Shown piece after piece: positions 9,806 through 19,889 of a stretch of DNA of 58,903 nucleotides (position 1 is its first letter; every line of letters begins with the position of its first letter). The translations under genes were made by a program, and so were the position numbers. The notes beneath the pieces were generated by a model. It saw only the letters and a list, made by a program, of their open reading frames with translations. It was not told where the DNA came from and did not search any database. The stretch spans positions 1 to 58,903 of the forward strand of contig JAGXKM010000004.1 of the NCBI GenBank assembly GCA_018335275.1. The letters run 5' to 3'. The stretch comes from Anaerolineales bacterium. GTDB taxonomy: Bacteria > Chloroflexota > Anaerolineae > Anaerolineales > UBA11858.

Positions 9806-11458
9806 ATGTCTGGGCCGCGAGAAGTGCATGCTCCCCAAGGAACAAAAAGAGTTTGCAAATCATGGCAGATTGAAGCTGCGTATCGAATGCTTCAAAACAA
9901 CTTGGACCCGGAGGTGGCGGGGGATCCCGAGCGCTTGGTCGTTTACGGGGGAAGCGGGAAAGCGGCCCGGAATTGGGATGCGTTTGATGCGATTCTGGAG
10001 ACTTTGCGAAATATGGATGTGGATGACACATTGCTCGTCCAATCTGGAAAGCCGGTTGGTGTATTTAAGACGCATGAGGATGCGCCCCGGGTTTTGATCG
10101 CCAATTCAAATCTTGTCCCCCATTGGGCCACCCAGGAACATTTTGATGAGCTGGCTGCCAAGGGTCTGATCATGTACGGACAGATGACCGCTGGTTCCTG
10201 GATTTACATCGGCACCCAGGGCATTTTGCAGGGGACATACGAGACTCTGGGTTCTTTGGCAAGGCAGCGAGGATGGTCCTCATTGGCAGGTAAATTTGTC
10301 CTCACAGCGGGGTTGGGGGAAATGGGCGGCGCCCAACCGATGGCGATCACCATGAATGAAGGCGTGGGGTTGATCGTGGAGGTCGATCCTTCCCAGGCGG
10401 AGCGACGTTTGAAGATGGGGTTTGTGGACCGCGTTGTGGATACCCTGGATGAGGCCCTGCGATTGGTGGATCAATATCTCGAGAATGGTCAAGCCCAATC
10501 CATCGGGTTGATCGGCAACGCTGCCCAGGTGTACCCGGCGTTGGTGGAGAGAGGTCGGATCCCTGATGTGGTCACCGACCAGACATCAGCTCACGATGCC
10601 CTCGATTATGTACCGCTGGATCTTTCGATGGAAGAAGCGCGGGCACTGCGTGAATCCGACCCCCAGGCATACAGGCGCCGGGCGATGGAATCCATGGCGA
10701 TCCATGTCCAGGCCATGCTGGATTTTCAAAAACGGGGTGCAGAAGTCTTTGATTATGGGAATAACATCCGCCAGCAGGCCTTTAACCAGGGGGTGGAAAA
10801 CGCCTTTGATTTCCCAGGATTTGTGCCTGCATACATCCGGCCCCAGTTCTGTGAAGGCAAAGGACCTTTCCGATGGGTGGCGTTGTCCGGGGATCCGGAG
10901 GACCTGTATCGCACGGATGAGGTCATCCTGGAATTGTTCCCAGAGGATGAACATCTGGGACGGTGGATCAAATTGGCCCAGGAGCAGGTGCCTTTTCAAG
11001 GCTTGCCATCCCGCATCTGCTGGTTGGGATACGGGGAAAGGGTTCAGGCGGGGTTGGCGTTCAATGATTTAGTTGCAGATGGCACAGTGAAGGCCCCGAT
11101 TGTCATCGGTCGGGATCACCTTGATTCGGGATCCGTGGCTTCTCCCAACAGGGAGACAGAGAGTATGAAGGATGGGTCGGACGCGATCAGCGATTGGCCT
11201 CTGTTAAACGCGATGCTGAATGCTGTAGGTGGAGCCACCTGGGTATCTTTCCACCATGGGGGAGGTGTGGGGATCGGGTACAGCCAGCATGCGGGACAGG
11301 TGATTGTCGCGGATGGGACCCAGGACGCAGCGCGGAGGTTGGAACGCGTGTTAACGACTGACCCGGGGCTTGGGATTGTACGCCATGCGGATGCTGGATA
11401 TGAACAAGCGATCGAGGCGGCAAAGCGGCACGATATCTGGATGCCCATGTTAAAGTAA
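9806..11458 (+). CDS. hutU: Urocanate hydratase
   Basis: [46 protein letters not shown]; GAGGAGG RBS before ATG 9806. Confidence 0.97.
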   Translation: MSGPREVHAPQGTKRVCKSWQIEAAYRMLQNNLDPEVAGDPERLVVYGGSGKAARNWDAFDAILETLRNMDVDDTLLVQSGKPVGVFKTHEDAPRVLIANSNLVPHWATQEHFDELAAKGLIMYGQMTAGSWIYIGTQGILQGTYETLGSLARQRGWSSLAGKFVLTAGLGEMGGAQPMAITMNEGVGLIVEVDPSQAERRLKMGFVDRVVDTLDEALRLVDQYLENGQAQSIGLIGNAAQVYPALVERGRIPDVVTDQTSAHDALDYVPLDLSMEEARALRESDPQAYRRRAMESMAIHVQAMLDFQKRGAEVFDYGNNIRQQAFNQGVENAFDFPGFVPAYIRPQFCEGKGPFRWVALSGDPEDLYRTDEVILELFPEDEHLGRWIKLAQEQVPFQGLPSRICWLGYGERVQAGLAFNDLVADGTVKAPIVIGRDHLDSGSVASPNRETESMKDGSDAISDWPLLNAMLNAVGGATWVSFHHGGGVGIGYSQHAGQVIVADGTQDAARRLERVLTTDPGLGIVRHADAGYEQAIEAAKRHDIWMPMLK

Positions 11459-11544
11459 ATCCTTGCTCATGCTGGTTGTCGGGCATCCAAAACAAACGAT
11501 ATTAAACAGCGGAATGAATTTCTTTTATACGGGAGATAGTATTC

Positions 11545-13785
11545 ATGAAACGAATCGGAATTCTTACCAGTGGGGGTGACGCACCGGGCATGAACGCTGC
11601 CATCCGATCAGCTGTTCGAACGGCTTTAGATCTGGGGATTGAAATTTACGCCGTTCAAGACGGGTATCAGGGAATGGTGGACGGCGGTGATTGCATTCAA
11701 AAAATGGAATGGGATTCTGTAGGGGGTATCCTGCATCAGGGGGGAACGGTGATTGGCACAGCTCGATGTGAAGAATTTGAGACCAAAAAAGGCAGGCGAG
11801 AAGCGGCAAAAAATCTGGTCGATCATGGAATCACGGGATTGATTGTCATCGGGGGTGACGGCAGCCTGTTAGGGGCCTCGATTTTCCAAGAGGAATGGCC
11901 GGATAACCTTCGTTTCTTACAGGAGAAAGGGCGATTAGCATCTGAAGATATCTCTTCCTATCCAGGTTTGACCATTGTAGGTTTACCGGGGTCCATTGAC
12001 AATGATATCCACGGTTCTGATATGACCATAGGAGCAGATACTGCGCTGCATCGGATCACGGAAGCCATCGACGCCATCACCAGCACAGCGGCCAGCCATC
12101 AAAGAAGCTTTGTGGTCGAGGTCATGGGTCGAAATTGCGGCTATTTAGCCATGATGGGCGCCTTGTCCGCCGGGGCGGATTGGGTATTTGTGCCTGAAAA
12201 ACCACCTGATCCTGAGAGATGGAAAGATGAGATGTGCCGCTCTTTGGAGGAGGGTCGAAAAGCGGGGCGCCGAGACAGCATCGTCGTCCTGGCAGAGGGA
12301 GCGATTGACAGCGAAGGAAATCCCATCACCAGCCAGGAAGTGAAAGAGACGCTGGAGGAGAGAATTGGCGAGGAGACGCGGATTACCATTCTGGGCCATG
12401 TCCAGCGAGGAGGAGCTCCCAGCGCTTATGACCGGAATCTGGGAACGATTTTGGGGCACGCCGCGGTTGAAAAGTTATTGGAACTTGAGCTGGATGGGAA
12501 ACCGGAATTGATCGGCATGCGTGGAAATCGTGTTCAGGGCACACCGCTCCTGGAGTGTGTGGAAAAGACCCGCGAAGCGAACAACCTTGTCAAAGCCAAG
12601 GATTACCAAAAGGCAACAGAGCTTCGAGGGGGTAGTTTCAACTCCGCATATAACATCATGCAAACCCTCTTCCAGTCCCACCCTGAACCGGAAGAGACAC
12701 CTGGGAAACCTCTGCGGATCGCAGTCATGCACTCCGGAGGTCCTGCGCCGGGGATGAACACTTCCGTCCGGGCTGCCGTGAGGTGGGGAGAAAACCAAGG
12801 GCATGTCATGCTCGGGATCCACAATGGATTTCCGGGTTTGATAAAGGGCGACATCCAGGAGTTGGGCTGGATGGATGTAGGGGGGTTGGTGAATCAGGGG
12901 GGAGCGGAATTGGGTACCAATCGGACCCTTCCGTCCAGCGGGGATTATTATGCCATTGCCAGGAATTTAGAGAAAGAGGAACTGGACGGATTGCTGATCA
13001 TCGGCGGTGAGGCAGCCTATGACGGTGCCTATGAGATGTTCCGGCGCCGGCGGGAGTTTCCAAACTTCAACATCCCCATTGTCTGCCTCCCTGCTACCAT
13101 CGATAACGATCGGCCCGGTTCGGAGTTGAGCATCGGCGCGGATACGGCCTTGAACAGTATCATCGAAGCGGTGGATAAGATAAAGCAATCTGCCGTGGCG
13201 TCCAGACGCTGTTTTGTGGTTGAAACCATGGGCGGTTACTGCGGGTATCTGACATTGATGGGAGGCATGGCGACCGGGGCAGAACGCGTTTACCTTCATG
13301 AGGAGGGTACGACACTTCAAGATTTGCAGGATGATGTCGATCACCTGGTCACTGGTTTCAAACAGGGGAAACGGCTGGGATTGATGATCCGGAATGAGAA
13401 TGCTCATGAAGTGTACACCACGGATTTCATGGTTCGCTTGTTTGAGGCGGAGGGGAAAGAACTTTTTGATGTCCGCCAGGCGATTTTGGGGCATCTCCAG
13501 CAGGGTGGGAATCCCACCCCCTTTGACCGAACTCAGGCTGCGCTTTTAGCTGTTCAATGTGTGGATTTCATTATCAAAGAGGCTATGTCGGAAGATCCCC
13601 GGGGCGTTTTTATGGGGCGGGTAGGAGGTGAAATTCATTTTACCGGGATGGAGGACTATCCGCGCTCGGAGGATCGTGATTTTGGGCGTCCAAAAGAACA
13701 GTGGTGGATGGGGCTGCGGCCGATTGCCAAAATTTTAGCTCAACCCGGCCCTCAGCATGTTGACAGGGAAGCGCAAAATTCCTGA
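11545..13785 (+). CDS. pfkA: ATP-dependent 6-phosphofructokinase, tandem-duplicated (eukaryote-type) architecture
   Basis: Two PFK repeats: TSGGDAPGMN/GGDGS/GSIDND/EVMGR/GHVQRGG and HSGGPAPGMN/PATIDND/ETMGGYCG/GHLQQGG. Confidence 0.93.
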   Translation: MKRIGILTSGGDAPGMNAAIRSAVRTALDLGIEIYAVQDGYQGMVDGGDCIQKMEWDSVGGILHQGGTVIGTARCEEFETKKGRREAAKNLVDHGITGLIVIGGDGSLLGASIFQEEWPDNLRFLQEKGRLASEDISSYPGLTIVGLPGSIDNDIHGSDMTIGADTALHRITEAIDAITSTAASHQRSFVVEVMGRNCGYLAMMGALSAGADWVFVPEKPPDPERWKDEMCRSLEEGRKAGRRDSIVVLAEGAIDSEGNPITSQEVKETLEERIGEETRITILGHVQRGGAPSAYDRNLGTILGHAAVEKLLELELDGKPELIGMRGNRVQGTPLLECVEKTREANNLVKAKDYQKATELRGGSFNSAYNIMQTLFQSHPEPEETPGKPLRIAVMHSGGPAPGMNTSVRAAVRWGENQGHVMLGIHNGFPGLIKGDIQELGWMDVGGLVNQGGAELGTNRTLPSSGDYYAIARNLEKEELDGLLIIGGEAAYDGAYEMFRRRREFPNFNIPIVCLPATIDNDRPGSELSIGADTALNSIIEAVDKIKQSAVASRRCFVVETMGGYCGYLTLMGGMATGAERVYLHEEGTTLQDLQDDVDHLVTGFKQGKRLGLMIRNENAHEVYTTDFMVRLFEAEGKELFDVRQAILGHLQQGGNPTPFDRTQAALLAVQCVDFIIKEAMSEDPRGVFMGRVGGEIHFTGMEDYPRSEDRDFGRPKEQWWMGLRPIAKILAQPGPQHVDREAQNS

Positions 13786-13876
13786 AACCGAAAGCTGGCA
13801 AATGGGAGCATATTTGGGGATGAACAAAGAGGCTTGGATAGATATGAGGTGACCATATTTCTGTCCTCAAGGAATT

Positions 13877-13918
13877 AAAAAAAAAGACACCCCATCCGGT
13901 TTGGAATCGGGGTGTTGT
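13877..13918 (-). terminator. Intrinsic terminator for dnaE (possibly bidirectional)
   Basis: Imperfect GACACCCC...GGGGTGTT hairpin next to an A-run (T-run on minus strand), between convergent pfk and dnaE. Confidence 0.6.
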
Positions 13919-13939
13919 TATTTCACCAAATGAAGTCCT

Positions 13940-16900
13940 TTAGCTGTAAGATAGTTTTTCTACCTGGACGTTTTCTTCACCGATCAGCTCTTGCAGGGCG
14001 GTGAGCAGGTCCGGGGATAACTTCGTTGTGGCATTAGGGAATTCCAGGAGATGGCTCTGATCGTTTTCGATAATCTGGAAAGCGAATTGATCTTCTCCGG
14101 GATAACTGATTAATGTGCCGTATATTTGCCGCAGGCGCAGCTTATCTCGAAGTTTATCACCGTCCTGCTTGAGGATGATGGTGACCATATAATCGGAGTC
14201 TTCCTCGAAGTCTAAAGGTGGCTTCTGGGAGGGACTTTGACCATTTTCTTCTTCGGGATAGGATTGGGTATTTAGACCTTCTTGGGACCTTTCTAACCCG
14301 GGACCACCTGGGGCAGGGTTTGATCCCTGGGTGTTTTTTTCTTTCTCAGTCGGTGTTTTTATTTCTGGCTTCCCCGAGGAAGGATCCGATTCTTGATGCT
14401 CTTCTTCTTTCCATTCCTTGGGAAAAGGATCCGGCGCTGGTGGGGAAGACTTGGCTCCGGAAACCACCTCTTCCGGGGAGGGTTTCCTCGCTGGGGGTTT
14501 TTGGTTGGAACCTGATTTCTCTTCTTTGGTCTGGGATCTCTTTTCCCTGGGCTGTTGTTTTTTATCATTGGGGAGATCCCTATCGGATTCCGCAGGCTGT
14601 AATTGGGTCGTGATCCGGTTTACCAAAATCTTCGGTTCTCCGCGTTGGCTGTCGACTCTCCCTGTTGCGCAAATGATCTTATCAAATTGGATCAATTCTG
14701 CAACCTTTTTCCAAACAGAAGGAAAGATCACCAGGTCAATAGTCCCCTGGATATCTTCGATAGTGACGAAAGCCATCGGTTTCCCGTTTTTTGTTTGGTG
14801 GTGGCGAATATGGGTCACCATTCCCGCCACGGTCACGCGTTCATGGTGGTTTGCCTCACCCAATTCCTGCGCAAAATAGGTCACGTTTTGTTTCAGGGTA
14901 TCGATCACCGTGCTCAAGGGATGGTCGGAGACATACAAACCGATTAACTCTTTTTCCCAATCCAATTGGGCCCGGCGGCTGATCTTTGCCGGGGTATCTG
15001 GAAGCTCAATCCGTTCCTCAAGGCCAGTTTCTCTGCCGAACATGGACATTTGCCCTGCATCCACGGCCTGGAAACGGGATGAACTGATGGCGATGATGCG
15101 TTCCATCGCTTCCAGGAGCGCGGGACGTTCTCCAAAATCGTCCAGTGCGCCGACCTGGATTAAAGATTCCAGCGCTCTTCTTCCCACCCGTCTCAAATCG
15201 ACCCGTTTCATGAAGTCGTTGATGTTTGTGAAAGGTTTTCCCGCTCGCCCCTCACGGATGGCCTCCACTGGTCCTTCTCCGACGTTTTTGACGGCTCCCA
15301 GACCAAAGCGAATGCAGGAGTTTCCCTCCGGACCGTCCTGGATGGTGAATCCCCAATCGCTGTGGTTGACATTAGGGGGCAGGATTTCGATCCCCATTTG
15401 CCTGCATTCGGAGGCGTAGAGAGTGACCTTGTCGGTATTGCTCTGGTACACGGTGAGCAAAGCGGTCATATATTCCACGGGATAATGAGTTTTTAGATAG
15501 GCAGTTTGCACGGAGATCAAACCATAATCTGCAGCGTGCGCTTTGTTGAAGCCGTAGCGGGCGAACTTCTCCCAATCATGGAATATTTGCCGGGCGGTAT
15601 TTCTTTCGATCCCTTTATCCACAGCTCCCTGGATGAACTTCTTACGGTGTTTAATGAGTTTTGCTTTCTTTTTCTTTGCCACCGCTTTTCGCAGGCTGTC
15701 CGCTTCTGAGGGTTCATACCCTGCCAGCTCCACCGCGCTGTGCATGATCTGTTCCTGGTAAACAGGAATGCCGTAGGTCTCTTCGTAAATGGATGCCAGA
15801 TCCGGGTGGCGGTAGCTGATCTCTTCCTCGCCGTGCATGCGGCTGATGTAATCAGGGATAAAGTCCATCGGGCCCGGGCGGTACAGGGCGACCATGGCGA
15901 TGACATGGGCCAACTTTTTTGGCTTCATGGATTTCAGGTAGCGGCGCATCCCAGAGCTTTCCACCTGAAAGATGCCGATGGTTTCCCCTCGTCCGATTAA
16001 TTCATAAGTCTCTGGATCATCGATGGGGATATTGTCCAGGGTGAATTCCACGCCGTGCCTTTCTTTGATCAGTTTGCTGGCTTTGTTCATGATGGTCAAA
16101 GTTGACAAACCCAGGAAATCCACCTTGAGCAATCCCAGGCGGTCAATCACTGACATTTCATATTGAGTGACGGTATCAATGGGGCTGTCTCCGATGTTCC
16201 CCGTGGGGCGGTGGAGAGGGGCGTATTCCACAACGGGTTTATCCGTGACCACCACGCCGGCTGCATGGGTCCCCGCGTTCCTCACCGTGCCTTCTACACC
16301 CTTTGCGGTTTCAATCAGGTCCTGCAGGTAGGGGGCGTCCTCATAAAGCTCTTTAAATTCTGTGGAATTTTCCAGCGCCTCCTCAATGCTCATGGGGGGC
16401 AAGTTGGGAATCGTTTTCGCAACCCGATCCACTTCTTGAAGGGGTATATCCATCACTCGGCCCACATCCCGGATAGCAGCCCTTGCTTTCATGGTCCCAA
16501 AGGTGATAATCTGGGCTACCTTGTCATGACCATATTTATCTGCACAGTACTGCATTAACTCTGCCCGCCGGTCGTCCGGGAAATCGAGATCGATATCGGG
16601 CATATTCACCCGACCCGGGTTTAGGAAGCGTTCGAAGATCAACTTATGTTTCAGCGGGTCAATGGGGGTGATCTCCAACGCATAGGCAACGATAGAACCC
16701 GCTGCGGACCCCCGGGCGTTGTACCAGATGTCCCGTTTTTGAGCGTACTGGCAAATATCCCAAACGATCAGGAAGTAGGCGTCAAAACCCATGTCCTGGA
16801 TGATTTTCAACTCATAATTCAAGCGTTCCTGGACCTCTGGATCATCTGCCCTGCCCTGGTACCGCTTTTGGATCCCCTTTTCACATAACTCCCGTAAATA

Positions 16901-17785
16901 GGATTTGGGCGTTTTCCCTTCCGGAACGGAGAAATTTGGCAAATGATATTCTTTAAAACTGAGGTCCACATTACAGCGATCGACGATATCCAGGGTATTT
17001 GTAATGGCTCCCGGAACTTCCGCAAAGAGCGATTTCATTTCCTGTGGTGTTCTTAAGTAGTAGGATGAATCCGTCATCCGCATCCGGTCCGGGTCGTTGA
17101 GTAATCTCCCTGTTTTTATGGCCAGAAGGACATCCTGCAGTCTGGCATCGGAAGGTTTGACATAATGAACATCGTTGGTGGCGATGTACCGGGCGTCGTA
17201 GCGGGGTCCCATTTCCAGGAGTTTTTGGTTAATTTTTTCCAGTTCTGGTATGTCGTGCTTTTGAAGTTCTATGAAAAAGTGGTCTGGTCCGAATACATCG
17301 TAATACCAGTCCAACTTTTCACGGGCTCGGTCAAGCTGCCCTCTCTGGATGGCGCGGGGTATTTCCGCTGACATGCATCCGGAAGTAGCGATTAAACCTT
17401 CTGCATGCGCGGCAAGGAATTCATGATCAATGCGGGGATGATAATAAAACCCTTTCAATTGAGCAGCTGAAGTGAGCTTGAGAAGATTCTTGTAGCCCTG
17501 TTGATTTTCTGCCAGTAAAAGCAGGTGGGTGGACCGTTTATCGTGCTGTGGGTCCCGATCCTCCATCCCGCGAGGAGCCAGGTAGGCCTCCACACCGATA
17601 ATGGGTTTGATGCCGGCGTCATGGGCAGCATGGTAAAAATCGACCACGCCGTACATGGTGCCGTGGTCGGTGATCGCCAGCCCGGGCATCTCCAATTCCT
17701 TAGCTCGTTTGACCAGTTTGTCTATATTGCTGAATCCATCCAAGATGGAATATTCGGTGTGTACGTGGAGGTGAGCAAATGACAT
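13940..17785 (-). CDS. dnaE: DNA polymerase III alpha subunit
   Basis: PHP domain HLHVHTEYS, RGSAAGS, PDIDLDF, HAAGVV, YGFNKAH, OB fold; no intein seen. Confidence 0.97.
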   Translation of the reverse strand: MSFAHLHVHTEYSILDGFSNIDKLVKRAKELEMPGLAITDHGTMYGVVDFYHAAHDAGIKPIIGVEAYLAPRGMEDRDPQHDKRSTHLLLLAENQQGYKNLLKLTSAAQLKGFYYHPRIDHEFLAAHAEGLIATSGCMSAEIPRAIQRGQLDRAREKLDWYYDVFGPDHFFIELQKHDIPELEKINQKLLEMGPRYDARYIATNDVHYVKPSDARLQDVLLAIKTGRLLNDPDRMRMTDSSYYLRTPQEMKSLFAEVPGAITNTLDIVDRCNVDLSFKEYHLPNFSVPEGKTPKSYLRELCEKGIQKRYQGRADDPEVQERLNYELKIIQDMGFDAYFLIVWDICQYAQKRDIWYNARGSAAGSIVAYALEITPIDPLKHKLIFERFLNPGRVNMPDIDLDFPDDRRAELMQYCADKYGHDKVAQIITFGTMKARAAIRDVGRVMDIPLQEVDRVAKTIPNLPPMSIEEALENSTEFKELYEDAPYLQDLIETAKGVEGTVRNAGTHAAGVVVTDKPVVEYAPLHRPTGNIGDSPIDTVTQYEMSVIDRLGLLKVDFLGLSTLTIMNKASKLIKERHGVEFTLDNIPIDDPETYELIGRGETIGIFQVESSGMRRYLKSMKPKKLAHVIAMVALYRPGPMDFIPDYISRMHGEEEISYRHPDLASIYEETYGIPVYQEQIMHSAVELAGYEPSEADSLRKAVAKKKKAKLIKHRKKFIQGAVDKGIERNTARQIFHDWEKFARYGFNKAHAADYGLISVQTAYLKTHYPVEYMTALLTVYQSNTDKVTLYASECRQMGIEILPPNVNHSDWGFTIQDGPEGNSCIRFGLGAVKNVGEGPVEAIREGRAGKPFTNINDFMKRVDLRRVGRRALESLIQVGALDDFGERPALLEAMERIIAISSSRFQAVDAGQMSMFGRETGLEERIELPDTPAKISRRAQLDWEKELIGLYVSDHPLSTVIDTLKQNVTYFAQELGEANHHERVTVAGMVTHIRHHQTKNGKPMAFVTIEDIQGTIDLVIFPSVWKKVAELIQFDKIICATGRVDSQRGEPKILVNRITTQLQPAESDRDLPNDKKQQPREKRSQTKEEKSGSNQKPPARKPSPEEVVSGAKSSPPAPDPFPKEWKEEEHQESDPSSGKPEIKTPTEKEKNTQGSNPAPGGPGLERSQEGLNTQSYPEEENGQSPSQKPPLDFEEDSDYMVTIILKQDGDKLRDKLRLRQIYGTLISYPGEDQFAFQIIENDQSHLLEFPNATTKLSPDLLTALQELIGEENVQVEKLSYS

Positions 17786-17859
17786 AGGCTAGGATCGTTA
17801 TCTTGATGAGAATGTGACTGGTTGAAATGTGTGTTGAGGGGTTTGCTTGATGGTTTACA

Positions 17860-17878
17860 TGTGGATAAAATTATAGCA
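17860..17878 (-). promoter_or_regulatory. dnaE extended -10 promoter with adjacent perfect DnaA box
   Basis: Minus strand reads TGCTATAAT-T-TTATCCACA (DnaA box 17860-17868). Confidence 0.6.
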
Positions 17879-17964
17879 TGGATGGGCAAGGTTCGGTTTA
17901 AAGCTGTGAAAAATTTAAGCCGCAAATTGTTAAGGTTTTTTTGAAACAAACAGAGCCTCTGTTA

Positions 17965-18033
17965 ATTGATGAGAGTCGGGCTCGCCAGTGCCCGACTCTC
18001 TCTAAGGAGGAGAAGAAGAGAAATTGTCTTTCG
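17965..18033 (-). ncRNA. Candidate small RNA with anti-SD sequence and 11-bp hairpin
   Basis: Minus strand: TAAACT -10 (18040-18045), pyrimidine tract ending CTCCTCCTTA, perfect 11-bp stem 17971-18000. Confidence 0.45.
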
Positions 18034-18069
18034 ATATACAGTTTAACTGATATACGAAATAAGCGCTTG

Positions 18070-18108
18070 ACGATAAGCTGACGCTTTTCATACGCTTAAC
18101 CTACGCTT
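18070..18108. repeat. Phased direct repeats ACGCTT with 11-bp period (probable transcription-factor sites)
   Basis: ACGATA 18070, ACGCTT 18081, 18092, 18103. Confidence 0.7.
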
Positions 18109-18173
18109 GCCTATTTAAAAACCCTCATTTACAATCATGAAGGAAAGGTTGACCCACTGGGACGGAGTATAAA

Positions 18174-18698
18174 ATGGAAAAGCTGTATATAGATACGCTC
18201 CAAACCGATGTCTTGGGATTGATTGGCATAGCCTTATCGGAAAGAGGATTGGCCGCGGTACGAATGTTCCAGGGCGGGAAACGAAGTTTTATCGAAGACG
18301 TCTCATGGGGACGGGAATACGAGATCGTCACTTCATCGGAGCGAACGGCTCCCGTTCTGGCTCAGATCTGGGAGTATTTACAGGGGAAGAGGATGAACTT
18401 CGAGGTGGTGATCGATTGGTCGGAAATGACAGATTTTCAGCAAGCGGTCCTTCAGGCAACCCAGGATATCCCGTTTGCAGATACACGTTCTTATGGGGAC
18501 ATAGCGGCGATCATCGGACGTCCCCGGGCTGCTCGAGCTGTGGGACAGGCGGAGTCAAACAATCCTACTCCATTGGTGATACCCTGCCATCGGGTAATTG
18601 GCGCTGATGGGGGACTGCGGGGGTATGGGGGAGCAAAAGATGTGAACACAAAAGCCTGGCTGCTTGCTTTTGAAAAACGCGTGGCGGGAAACAGGTAG
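18174..18698 (+). CDS. ogt: Methylated-DNA--protein-cysteine methyltransferase
   Basis: TDFQQAV, AARAVG, IPCHRV active-site motif. Confidence 0.93.
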   Translation: MEKLYIDTLQTDVLGLIGIALSERGLAAVRMFQGGKRSFIEDVSWGREYEIVTSSERTAPVLAQIWEYLQGKRMNFEVVIDWSEMTDFQQAVLQATQDIPFADTRSYGDIAAIIGRPRAARAVGQAESNNPTPLVIPCHRVIGADGGLRGYGGAKDVNTKAWLLAFEKRVAGNR

Positions 18699-18700
18699 CT

Positions 18701-19591
18701 TTATTCGATCCAAACCACAGCCATATTTCCCAGTACATTCCAGGAGCTCATGAATCCGTTTTCATAGCTGAAATACCGCTTGGCCCCGTCCAAGACATAT
18801 ATTTTATTTTTTTCATAGCCGACGACGATGACCGTGTGTTCGTACCTGGCTACGGTGGTTTTGTGTCCGGAGGAAGAAGTATAGGGGATCGATGTCCCGT
18901 TTGCCAGATGCCCGATCACCCATACAATCACAGGCCTTCCGGCAGCGATTTCAGCCTTCAACTCCTCCAGTGTCATGCCCCGTACCGCTTTGGCGTTCAA
19001 ACCAAAAGAGCGCAGACGTTGGGCGATGGGTTTGGCGTGGACCCCATAAGGAGCAGGAGGTATTTGTCCCCACCTTCCATACACGCTGCCCACAAACCCT
19101 TCGTCGGGATTATCGCTTTTGGGTAGGCCGTTGAAAAATGTGTATTCGTTGATGGATTTCCCGAAGTAACGGGCCCAGTCGACAGCGGATCGGGATTCAC
19201 AGCTGAGGGGCATTGATTGGGGATATCCTGAGATGCCTGTAATCCTACTTGAGGGTGGTGGTTTGGGGGTGTGAGTTGCAGTTGGCGTGGAAGTCGGGGT
19301 GGGAGAGGGGGTCAGGGAAGCAGTTGGTGTGCTGGTCAAAGGAGAAGCTTGGAACGGTGTAGCTGTCGGGGTTGGCGTGAGAGTGGGGGTGGAAGAGGCT
19401 TCCGGGGTGGGTTCCATGGTGTGGTAAGGAGGAGAAAGATGGTTCGGCAGAAAGAGGAGAGCAAGGAAGCTTCCCATAATCACGGCATTGACGCTTAATA
19501 TCGCCCCCAAAGATAAGAACCCATACTCTTTCCGGGAGGGTTGCTTCATTCGTCTGGTTCGGATTTCATCTTGCGCTTGCTGGGAAGACAT
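18701..19591 (-). CDS. Membrane-anchored peptidase C39-like protein with Pro/Thr linker
   Basis: TM helix, TPT linker, QSMPLSCE (Cys), EHTVIVVGY (His), VLD (Asp). Confidence 0.8.
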   Translation of the reverse strand: MSSQQAQDEIRTRRMKQPSRKEYGFLSLGAILSVNAVIMGSFLALLFLPNHLSPPYHTMEPTPEASSTPTLTPTPTATPFQASPLTSTPTASLTPSPTPTSTPTATHTPKPPPSSRITGISGYPQSMPLSCESRSAVDWARYFGKSINEYTFFNGLPKSDNPDEGFVGSVYGRWGQIPPAPYGVHAKPIAQRLRSFGLNAKAVRGMTLEELKAEIAAGRPVIVWVIGHLANGTSIPYTSSSGHKTTVARYEHTVIVVGYEKNKIYVLDGAKRYFSYENGFMSSWNVLGNMAVVWIE

Positions 19592-19889
19592 CGTTTCCTG
19601 CTTTCTACAATAAACATTCTTGGATCTGTATGCTGAAATGAGGATGCAGGGGAACAGTGTTTTTGTATTATACTCAGGTTGGATGGGAATGTGTTTTCAC
19701 TTTTGTTGGTTTCATCCTCTTCTAATCATCACTTAAAATTCTGTTATGGTGACTTTCCGGGCCTCCCTTGAATCTCAAGGGGGAAAATGATTTCTCGAAT
19801 TCGATAAGGGGTAATCTGTGAAGCAGCAGGTTGGGTTTATCTACCTCCGGGATCCTGTGCCGCAAAAGGAAGCCTGCTTTTCTTTTTTC

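Noticed and set aside
13940-17785. Intein in the long DnaE
   Set aside because: Catalytic regions are contiguous with no C...HN splice motifs; the extra length is a low-complexity linker
18024-18050. 8-codon ORF (TTG...TGA) after the perfect TAAGGAGG
   Set aside because: SD-to-start spacing of about 13 nt and a weak TTG start; the minus-strand sRNA reading fits better
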